A stretch of DNA of 64,000 bases from a virus. The number at the start of each line of letters is the position of its first letter. Position 1 is the first letter of the stretch. A program made the translations under genes and the position numbers. The DNA is taken from the IMG/VR virus record IMGVR_UViG_3300034520_000378. The stretch is one strand, 5' to 3'. The notes under the pieces are model-generated. The model searched no databases. It was not told the origin of the DNA and saw only the letters and a list, made by a program, of their open reading frames with translations. Of this stretch, positions 56,460 to 64,000 are shown piece after piece.

Positions 56460-56594
56460 GAGCTACACCTCCCCATGCTACGTTTCCATCAATTGTATTC
56501 AAAGGCCCACCGCCTTGCGGTTCGGGTAAAGGCCGAACAGCAAAGGACAGGTGAGCGCGATCCACTCTGTATGTACATGCGCTAGTTAACTAGC
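56460..56594 (-). promoter_or_regulatory. structured speD leader containing a 29-codon uORF (56578..56489)
   Basis: 133-nt gap; uORF MYIQSGSRSPVLCCSAFTRTARRWAFEYN; hairpin CCC-GA-ACCG-CAAGG-CGGT-GGG; uORF lacks a clear SD. Confidence 0.4.
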
Positions 56595-56793
56595 AGCACA
56601 CGTTTGCTACGTACTCTACACCGTCCTCGTCCTGGTCTATGCTAAAGATGATCCAATCCTTGTCAGCTAATACAGTGTGCACATCATATCGTACTTCGGG
56701 GTTAGCAAGGCAAACGAATTCGCTGCCTTGCAGTTCAAACACCAGCACAGCGTCACGCCTAACGTCTCCAACATAGATTGCTCTGGTTCGCAC
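56590..56793 (-). CDS. small hypothetical protein
   Basis: GTG start with GGGTG SD; 67 aa. Confidence 0.5.
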   Translation of the reverse strand: MRTRAIYVGDVRRDAVLVFELQGSEFVCLANPEVRYDVHTVLADKDWIIFSIDQDEDGVEYVANVCC

Positions 56794-56810
56794 GATAGAT
56801 CACCCTGGTA

Positions 56811-56942
56811 TGACGAGGCAGGCTGGGATTTGCACCCAGCATGGTGGCCTTTCCGCTGCCACCTCGGGGCTTATACCAAGCAGTGGGCAGGAGCCTTGCG
56901 GTCCTCCACATCCCTAGCGTTTACCTATTCCGCCACTGCCTC
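56811..56942 (-). ncRNA. tRNA-like RNA (~132 nt) without a recognisable anticodon arm
   Basis: Acceptor GAGGCAG/CTGCCTC, D-arm TGGCGGAATAGGTAAACGC, T-arm GCTGG-GTGCAAATC-CCAGC, ~75-nt structured insert; intergenic. Confidence 0.8.
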
Positions 56943-57020
56943 GAAAGTTTGCTTTAAGAAGCATTAAAGCCGGCCCCGGAATACCGTGACCGTGAACTCC
57001 TTCTACACATGGTAGATGAG

Positions 57021-57953
57021 CTATTTCCCGCATAAAGCCGCGGACGGATATGCGGTTACAAATCCATATCCAGTGTATCTATCAAGCCCTGTTTTCCCTA
57101 TGTCAACGGTCATAAGCCTTGTAATAGTCTTAAGCTCGCCGGCTGTAGGCTTGCGTCCTGTGCGCTTCACGAACTTCTCTATTACGCACGCTGCAAAGGC
57201 CGCCACATGCGGACAGGCCATAGATGTGCCGCTCATGTTTGCATAACTGGAGTTGATATAGGTTGATACAATGTCTTCACCCGGTGCGGCTACCTCTACG
57301 TGGTCGTTTGTGTTTGTGAAATAGCACGCTGCAAAGTTGTGCTTTATCGCACCAACGGAAAGCGTCTCGGGATACGCCGCCGGATAGTCAAGCTCAATAG
57401 TGCTGTCATTGCCATCACCGGAATTTCCTGCTGCACACACAACAAGCATGCCGCTTGCAAAGGCCTTTCTCACAGCAGCGGCAAGCAAAGGATGATGATC
57501 AGGCCCGCCAAGGCTCATGTTTATAACATCCACCTTTTCGCCGTTAGGCCCGCGCCAGTTGACAGCATAGTCAAGCGCACGAATCACCCTGTCGGTACTG
57601 CACTGGCCACTGGCGTCAAACACCTTGATTATGAGCAGCTTGGCGTCCGGCGCGCCACCTCTGATCCGTCCGTTTGCGGCTATTATCCCCGCAACGTGCG
57701 TTCCGTGTCCGTTCTCGTCCCTGATATCCGATATGCTCTGTCCATCCACCAGGTTCATACCACCAATGATATTGGCCTTTAGATCGGGATGGTTCACATC
57801 ACAGCCGGAGTCTATAACCGCTACTACTACGCCTTTGCCGCTGCACTCCTTCCACAGGTGCTGGAACCCCATGAGCTTTATGTTGTCGAAGGTGCTGTTC
57901 ACTGCCTCGAAAACGGTAAGCTCATGCGCTTGTACGTCAAAAAGCTGCATCAC
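57021..57953 (-). CDS. subtilisin-like S8 serine protease (intracellular type)
   Basis: Catalytic triad VIDSG, HGTHVAG, GTSMACPHV; oxyanion AAGN; no signal peptide. Confidence 0.95.
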   Translation of the reverse strand: MMQLFDVQAHELTVFEAVNSTFDNIKLMGFQHLWKECSGKGVVVAVIDSGCDVNHPDLKANIIGGMNLVDGQSISDIRDENGHGTHVAGIIAANGRIRGGAPDAKLLIIKVFDASGQCSTDRVIRALDYAVNWRGPNGEKVDVINMSLGGPDHHPLLAAAVRKAFASGMLVVCAAGNSGDGNDSTIELDYPAAYPETLSVGAIKHNFAACYFTNTNDHVEVAAPGEDIVSTYINSSYANMSGTSMACPHVAAFAACVIEKFVKRTGRKPTAGELKTITRLMTVDIGKTGLDRYTGYGFVTAYPSAALCGK

Positions 57954-57984
57954 TATGTACCCTCCAAACCCCAGCCTGCTAGTG

Positions 57985-58030
57985 AGAAGAAGTTAACAAC
58001 CAGCCATGCAGCATTAGCTGCATGGCTGGC
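57985..58030 (-). terminator. strong hairpin/putative terminator
   Basis: CCAGCCATGCAGC-TAAT-GCTGCATGGCTGG 13-bp stem followed by TTGTTAACTTCTTCT. Confidence 0.65.
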
Positions 58031-58045
58031 CGCTGTAAGCTATTA

Positions 58046-59446
58046 TCAGGCGTTAATGTAGTACCAGAATGTCACTTTGTCGCCGGGCTGCAGAACTTCA
58101 GGAGTGAAGTCTACACCGCGACCGTCAGGCAGCTCAGCGTAGTTGACGCCTTCCTCCTGCAGTACACCGTTGAGGAACACACAGAGGCTTCCGTTGCCAG
58201 GAGTAAATGCAGGTTTTTCTGCCGGTATGTTGACAACAGAGGATTCTGCATCGATAGGGACGGTAAACTTGTAGAAAGACCACTTGTGGGCATTGTAGTC
58301 GGCAGTTAAAGCATTGATCTGGTTCTGGAGGTTCTGGTCAGCAGCCTGGCGAGCAGAAGCTTCGCTGTCAATAGCAGCCTGCAGGTCAGCTTCAGCTTGC
58401 TGTGCACGGGATGTTTCCGCAGCTATAGCAGCATCTATTGCATCAAGCCTTGCATCGAGGTTTGCATATTCGCCGCGTGCAGTCGCTATTTCAGCTTCAA
58501 CAGCATCCAGTCTCGCATCTAACGATGCAAGGCTGAGCCCGCTGTCGCCACCCCCGACAAGGTTGGCTATGTCATTCTTCAATTCGAGCAGTGCGGCTTC
58601 AACAGTGGTTGCCTGGAACTTACCTTCTACGTCAGCTATACCAATGAGCGATGCGCCTTTTCCTGCCTCATTGGATGCAAGATCCGCATACAGGTTGGTT
58701 ATGGCTTGCTGACGAGCATTAGCCTCAGCGTCTATTCTGTCGCCTAATGCCTCTTCAGCAGCAGTGGCCCTTGTTATCTCCTCAGCCAACTGCTCGACCA
58801 GGGATTTGCTCAGGTTGGCGTTTCCGTCGCGATCAAGGCTGTACCCTGGACCGTAGAGGTCTTTGGCGAGCTGGACAATGTTCAGGTGAGCGGTAATATC
58901 AGCCGCGCCTTCGACGAACTTCTCGTTTGCTGCAAAAAGCTCGTCGACATCAGCCAAGTTAAACCTTCTTGCGTACTGGAAATCAATCTGTACGTCGGCA
59001 GCTGGTGCAAATGCTACCTCGGCCTGACTGTCAAAGTAGAAAAGCTGCAACTTGAACGCATTAGCGCTTTCGTCGAATATTACGCGCCCATATACCTCTT
59101 CACCGTTTGGGCCGTAAAGCGGCTCCCCCGTCTCAGCATTCCTTACCGCTGCCTTGTTCTTTGGGGCGTCGATTATGACACCTTCGACGTTGATGTCATT
59201 AGACCCGGTCTTGGGATCGGATGCAGGAATTATCCCTACAGCAGTGAGGTTTACTTCGCTTGCCCCTGCAGCAACGGTTACACCGCTTACCTGCACGAAG
59301 TCAATGAGCTTCCTGGTCTTCAGCGCTTCGTTGTAGTGTGCCGCCCAGTTGATGTCCAGGTTGTTTTCAACGATCTTTTCACCGATGTGCCTGTTGAGTA
59401 TCACACCGTCTTTGAGTTGTTCACCACGAAGTTTCATCAATGGCAT
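58046..59446 (-). CDS. coiled-coil virion fibre protein with C-terminal VFLNG module
   Basis: 'E..RA..AE..L...ID.E..AR' heptads, EIATARG motif, C-terminal beta module. Confidence 0.7.
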   Translation of the reverse strand: MPLMKLRGEQLKDGVILNRHIGEKIVENNLDINWAAHYNEALKTRKLIDFVQVSGVTVAAGASEVNLTAVGIIPASDPKTGSNDINVEGVIIDAPKNKAAVRNAETGEPLYGPNGEEVYGRVIFDESANAFKLQLFYFDSQAEVAFAPAADVQIDFQYARRFNLADVDELFAANEKFVEGAADITAHLNIVQLAKDLYGPGYSLDRDGNANLSKSLVEQLAEEITRATAAEEALGDRIDAEANARQQAITNLYADLASNEAGKGASLIGIADVEGKFQATTVEAALLELKNDIANLVGGGDSGLSLASLDARLDAVEAEIATARGEYANLDARLDAIDAAIAAETSRAQQAEADLQAAIDSEASARQAADQNLQNQINALTADYNAHKWSFYKFTVPIDAESSVVNIPAEKPAFTPGNGSLCVFLNGVLQEEGVNYAELPDGRGVDFTPEVLQPGDKVTFWYYINA

Positions 59447-59498
59447 ACTTCAATCATCCTCCCTGTTCTCGATAGTATCTACTCTTGACAAACCCGGC

Positions 59499-60299
59499 TT
59501 AGAACTTCACATCTACCACCTTTACCTGGCTGTACAGGTCTATCTTCACAAGACCCGTACGAACAGGAGGCATAGCCATCATGTCGGCGTATGACTCGGG
59601 CCAGTCAAGTAGGCTTCCTGTAATGATATAATACCTGCATGCCGTCTTTACGCTATCATCGGTGTCGTCTATCGTATAGACAGCTTCCTTGTGTACTTGA
59701 CGGTCGTGCAGGTGCCCCATCATGTAAATGTCCGCTTGAACAATGTCCCTTAGGTTGCGCAGTGCATTGAGCCTGCCGGATGGACTCCGCGCCGCGGAAC
59801 GTCCATGCACCGTCAAAACCTTGTAGGTGACATCGCCCACCACCCACTTGTGGAAGGCAGTATAGCCCAGGTACGGCACGCAAAGCGATTTGGCAAGCAT
59901 GTAAACAGGGTCCATGCCCGTGGCAAGCGTTGCACGCATCTCATGGTTTCCGGTGTGCAGGCCGAGCAGTTTGCCCGCCTGCGCAAGCGGGCGCAGCATC
60001 TCCTCAAGCCTCTCATACTGCTGCGGGAAATGGATGTCTTCCTCGTACATGCCAAGCCCAACAGAAGTGCGTGTAGCGTTCTCCATATAGTCGCCAAGAC
60101 CGATTGCATAGCAGTCTGGTGTGTTCATGATGTACGAGAGATACTGCCTTAAGAGAGGTGCGTTATGCTTGCGCGCACCGTAATGCAAATCCGTGATAGG
60201 CACTATGGATATCTTGTCGCTGTTGGTTTTGAATACCCGCACATTAAGCTGGGGCGCCTGAGTATGGGAGCCTAAAAACAGCTCAAGCTCTGTCTGCAT
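59499..60299 (-). CDS. calcineurin-like metallophosphoesterase
   Basis: DLHYG, GD..EN, GNHE, HG, GH.H motifs; start overlaps the upstream stop (TGATG). Confidence 0.9.
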   Translation of the reverse strand: MQTELELFLGSHTQAPQLNVRVFKTNSDKISIVPITDLHYGARKHNAPLLRQYLSYIMNTPDCYAIGLGDYMENATRTSVGLGMYEEDIHFPQQYERLEEMLRPLAQAGKLLGLHTGNHEMRATLATGMDPVYMLAKSLCVPYLGYTAFHKWVVGDVTYKVLTVHGRSAARSPSGRLNALRNLRDIVQADIYMMGHLHDRQVHKEAVYTIDDTDDSVKTACRYYIITGSLLDWPESYADMMAMPPVRTGLVKIDLYSQVKVVDVKF

Positions 60300-61495
60300 C
60301 AGCACACGTCTCCTTTCTTGCTTCCCATTATTGCGCCCACCATCCTGCACTGAGCTTTTCTCTGTTCCTCCGTCCCCGAAAAGTCCACCGCCGCAGCTAC
60401 GGCCTTGGCAAGCGTGACAAACTGCCTGATTCGCTTGCGCTGTAGTATGTTATCAAGCCGCTCCTGCAGCAGCAGTTCCTCCATCTTCTGCATCTTGTAA
60501 AGGTCAAGTATGGTCGTATCAAGCCCGACACTGATGCTCTCCAGCCCGTCAAGAAGGCACTCTGCTATAAACCTACCGGGCGACTCTAGATCGTTCGCGT
60601 CAATGGCATTGAGAAAACCGGCTGCTGAGGACACAGCCTTGCTTCGCAGTTCAAACAGCGCCATGGCTGACTGCTGCAGGCGCTTACAGGACTCCACACT
60701 GTCTATCCTCGCCTCACGCGCCATAATAGCCAGCCCTTTATCCGCCAGCTCGCCAAACGCGACACCAAGCGTGGTGATAATGTGCTGCACGGCATCAGCG
60801 CCACCGGACGCAAAACCCGCAGCCACGTGTCCCGCATCGCCGCCACATGAATCATCGATGGTAAGCCTAAAGACCTCCATGCCCTGCTCAACCGCATCCG
60901 CAAAAGCAAGCATGCGCTTGGTAATCTGAAACTTAAGCTGCGCTTCGTATGCCAGCGACAGCCTGTCTATCGAGCCGGGGTTTGTATACTCCATGTATGC
61001 CAGATTGGAGTAGTGCTCCTCTTCTTTCTCAGCAAGCCTTTGGGTATTGCCGCTGGTATCAAAAGCGGGGGCTATATTCTTCTGCACAAACTCCCTGAGC
61101 CACTCGGTCCGTCTCTTGATATCCTTAAGCAGGGCATATATTTCGGCGCCGCTCGAGCCTGATAGGTCGGCGCAGTTAAACTCCTCAAAGCGGTACACCG
61201 TCTCGTAATCCCCGCTTTCAACCGCCCTGTCATAGTCCTCAACAGACAATCCGTCAAACATCTTTCCCTTCAAACAGGAACGGATCTCTGCTGTGCCTTC
61301 GTCAATGAGGTCACAAAGCCAGTCCGCCATCGCAAGCAAATCGCTTGCGAGCACTGCGGACGCGTCAACCAGCTCTGACGGTAGCTCCACCTGGTCTACA
61401 GCCCTGCCTTTTTCTACCTGAACGCGGTACTCAAGCGCACGCTTGATGTCAAACCGCGGTGAGTATCGTATGTAATCATTTTCGTCGAACAACAA
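60299..61495 (-). CDS. hypothetical helical protein (398 aa)
   Basis: Long ORF with GAGGAG SD directly downstream of terL. Confidence 0.7.
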   Translation of the reverse strand: MLFDENDYIRYSPRFDIKRALEYRVQVEKGRAVDQVELPSELVDASAVLASDLLAMADWLCDLIDEGTAEIRSCLKGKMFDGLSVEDYDRAVESGDYETVYRFEEFNCADLSGSSGAEIYALLKDIKRRTEWLREFVQKNIAPAFDTSGNTQRLAEKEEEHYSNLAYMEYTNPGSIDRLSLAYEAQLKFQITKRMLAFADAVEQGMEVFRLTIDDSCGGDAGHVAAGFASGGADAVQHIITTLGVAFGELADKGLAIMAREARIDSVESCKRLQQSAMALFELRSKAVSSAAGFLNAIDANDLESPGRFIAECLLDGLESISVGLDTTILDLYKMQKMEELLLQERLDNILQRKRIRQFVTLAKAVAAAVDFSGTEEQRKAQCRMVGAIMGSKKGDVC

Positions 61496-61508
61496 GCATC
61501 AACTCCTC

Positions 61509-63436
61509 TTAGAACCGTCTGCGCGGTGACGGCCCGCCTATATAGCGCCCAAATGTAGAAGGACCGCCTACCCCGCCCATCTTCGGTCTGCGCTTGGGAA
61601 CAAAGCTCTTTGTCGGCTCAGCCAATACGTTCTTCACTACCGCTATCTTCCGCCCAACGTTGACCTTGCATATGTCCGAGAAGTGCATCAAAAGACCGTG
61701 CACAGCAAGGCCTACGGCGTCAATGATGTGCTCGTCCTCATCGCTGTACACAGGCTCGCCACTTGCCGCATAGCTTACAACACGGTAGTTGAAGAACTGC
61801 CTGATCATGGCTCTGTCATCAGGCGGCAGGGCTATCTGCCCTCTTTCAAACAGGATCTGGAGGTTGTTCACTATCCAGTGCTTGAGGCGCTTCTTGGAGG
61901 GCTCCTTGGTGAACGGGTCCAGTATCTTCACACCATCGGAAAACGTGACGCCTTTGACTTTGTCAGCAAGACCGGTTTCGGGATGCTCAAGCCCGTACTT
62001 GTGCAGCGTCTCCACTTGATACTCACCTGCACCGCGGTCGACGTATATGTAGTCAAGGTCATAGGTCTCGTTGAGGGATATGATCTTGTTGACGGCGTTA
62101 TCAAAAGTGAATTTGGAGCGCGGGATCTCGACACGCAAAATAGGCTTGTAAATGCCTTTCTCGACGTCGAATTCCACAATCACCATGTTTGTGGCCGCAC
62201 CGTATTTCACGTTGTTACTCCATGCTTATATACATGGGGCCAGGTCATTTCTGCCTGGCTCTCACGGCTTTCCCGTGAGGTCGGACCATATCTTGCGCCA
62301 GAGTTCCTGGCGACGGCACGCCACCTTTAACCGTTGCCGGCCAAAGGCCCTACTTACATCCCGGAGGGATGCGTTCGGTGGTCTCTGAACCTTCCTCTGC
62401 CTTGCGACAGAGGCTTGGCTGCTGATTGCCCATTGTTGCATCGGCTTGATTTTCAAGCCATCGCGCCCGCGGTCGCCCGCCACGCTGTGGCTCAAGCCGC
62501 TTTAGGGGTTCCCAGCAGTTCGTGCCGTAGGGACAAATACCGCTTATCCCAGTCCACACCAAACACACGCGGCCCTGCTTTCTCATTGCTGCCGGTCTCG
62601 TACTTCAAGCCTATATCCCTGCCGAGCTGGATCGCATGCTCTACATGCTGCCGTATAAACACGCTCGATGACTCACTGGTGAACTCGGCAGCAACCTCAA
62701 GCGCATAAGCATCGCCCGGGAATTCTTCCCTAAGCTGCGCCTCCATCTCGGCATTCCAGTTGGGATTGACCCACGTGGGATAGTGAAACTCCTGCCAGCC
62801 CAGCTCCTTGTTCACGCACCATCTCCTGAAATGGTTGTCGCCGCCTATCGGAGTGGACGCGGCAACCACCCTTATCCTGTTCGGGTCCTCGAGCTGTAAG
62901 GCAAGGAGCGTATTGACGTCCTGCGAAGTAAGATACGCCGCCTCGTCAAGTATCAGCAGATCCGCCCACTGGCCACGAATATTGGCCGCACCCTTGCCCG
63001 TACGGGAGCCGGCACTCATACCCTTGATAACAGACCCGTTGGCAAATTCTATCTCGTGCGGATTCCTCACGTCCCTCACAACAGAGGCGGATACATTCTC
63101 GCTGTTCGATATAAGCTCGCGGACACGCGTGAAGAACTCGTTGACCTGCGACTCATACGGGGCTACATAGAGGACCCTGTACGACGGCTTCTGTCCCTTG
63201 TTGGGCTGCAGGTAGGCGTGATAGATTGCCATGACGCACGTTACATCGGTTTTACCTGTTCTACGCCCCGCCCTTATCACTATCTTCCTCGCTTTGCTCC
63301 TCAATATCTCCGCCTGGTACCAGCGCGCATCCCACTTAAGCTCAAGCTTGGCCCACAGGGCAGGGTCGGATAAGATCCTGAGGAGCCCGAGCTCCTCAGG
63401 ACTGAGCTGGACATTAGAAGGAGTCGAAGTAGCCAC
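61509..63436 (-). CDS. terL: terminase large subunit, spliced: join(63436..62546, 62207..61509), 529 aa
   Basis: Walker A GRRTGKT, Walker B LILDEA, motif ASTP; nuclease motif GVDWD|KYG rebuilt by splicing; C-terminal DEH..DA. Confidence 0.93.
62208..62545 (-). ncRNA. ORF-less group I intron (338 nt) in terL
   Basis: P1 GGGAU/GUCCC with U-G at the splice site; P10 GUAUUU/AAAUAC; P AACTGCTGGGAA, Q AATCAGCAG, R TTCAGAGACC, S AAGATATGGTCC; terminal G. Confidence 0.95.
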
Positions 63437-63905
63437 GGCTTATCCTCCTAGCCTCGCTGCCAAGCGCAAAGTTAACGGCCATCTTCGATTCCTGCATCGC
63501 AGCAACCGCCCTGCGCCTTGCAGTAGCCTTTGCAGCATTGTCAAAGAACCCGCGGCCTATTGAGTTGCCATTTCTGACACCGGGCGTTGGTCTGTACGTA
63601 AACGCTCTTTGCCCCAGTATACCGCCCAGGGTGTAAGCAAGCTGACCGAATGATAACCCCCACATCACCGGACTGGCAACCTTCCACAGTAGCAAATCGA
63701 AGGCGGCGCGGCCAGCTGCGCCCACCAGCCCTTCCTTGGGATTTTCCTTCATGCGATTTGCTACGTCCCAGGCCGTCAGTCCCACGGTGAGCACGGTGCC
63801 GAAGCCTATACCGTGCGGAATAACCGCCTGCTTCAGAAGGTACCCGCCAGCTCTGACATTGTTGACAGCATTGTTGATAAAGGTAGATGCCTTAAAACCA
63901 GGCAA
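63414..63905 (-). CDS. hypothetical protein with hydrophobic segments, upstream of terL
   Basis: TTG start with GGGGAG SD; overlaps the terL start. Confidence 0.65.
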   Translation of the reverse strand: MPGFKASTFINNAVNNVRAGGYLLKQAVIPHGIGFGTVLTVGLTAWDVANRMKENPKEGLVGAAGRAAFDLLLWKVASPVMWGLSFGQLAYTLGGILGQRAFTYRPTPGVRNGNSIGRGFFDNAAKATARRRAVAAMQESKMAVNFALGSEARRISRGYFDSF

Positions 63906-63921
63906 CGACGATCACTCCCCT

Positions 63922-64000
63922 TTAGCCGTTGCGCAACGCATGCAGCGCAAGCGCCAGCTCGCCATCAGCCCCCAGATGGTCAAGGAACCCACCTGTTTGT
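63922..64000 (-). CDS. 3' end of a hypothetical protein entering from the right edge (...HLGADGELALALHALRNG)
   Basis: Open frame to TAA at 63922; manual translation. Confidence 0.5.
   Translation of the reverse strand, partial: QTGGFLDHLGADGELALALHALRNG

Noticed and set aside
56811-56942. Canonical tRNA or tmRNA
   Set aside because: No 7-nt anticodon loop on a 5-bp stem, variant T-loop, too short for tmRNA, and no G3-U70 pair or tag ORF
61509-63436. terL as a pseudogene, a frameshift or two genes
   Set aside because: The gap has complete group I elements and splicing restores the motif in frame
1-64000. Plus-strand ORFs (e.g. 50289..51650, 51460..52494, 53713..54678)
   Set aside because: Nearly all overlap well-supported minus-strand genes in antisense and lack recognisable motifs
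1-64000. Stop-codon reassignment
   Set aside because: Genes are long and tightly packed under code 11 and end in TAA, TAG and TGA; the apparent breaks are explained by introns
1-64000. Reverse transcriptase, template repeat, integrase or att site
   Set aside because: No YxDD RT ORF, second copy of the propeller repeat or recombinase was seen in this window, so the DGR link and phage lifestyle stay unproven

Overview
The window is the late (morphogenesis) region of a large contractile-tailed dsDNA phage, with essentially every real gene on the minus strand. In transcription order (right to left) it encodes terminase large subunit, accessory enzymes (metallophosphoesterase, subtilase, SpeD), holin-like proteins, portal, prohead protease/scaffold, decoration and major capsid proteins, fibre-like proteins, neck, two sheath and three tube paralogs, chaperones, two ~2,100-aa tape-measure-like proteins, hub/lysin, baseplate and tail-fibre modules. 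Strong GGAGG Shine-Dalgarno sites, PG-binding domains and a GC content of roughly 50% (by eye) point to a Bacillota host, possibly thermophilic. The layout resembles 0305phi8-36-like myoviruses (from memory, not searched). Four selfish elements sit in this operon: a group I intron in terL, a group I intron with a LAGLIDADG ORF in the tail tube gene, a LAGLIDADG intein in the tape-measure-like gene, and a non-autonomous IsrB/omegaRNA element. The best candidates for undescribed biology are: (1) a tail beta-propeller whose 114-bp repeats vary in an adenine-biased, codon-position-1/2 pattern like a DGR target; (2) a tRNA-shaped RNA with a branched insert in place of the anticodon arm; (3) a structured leader/uORF ahead of speD; (4) nested 'Russian-doll' beta-sandwich repeats in a fibre protein; (5) Shine-Dalgarno sites that appear bridged to the start codon by hairpins. 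All family assignments are by motif recognition only.
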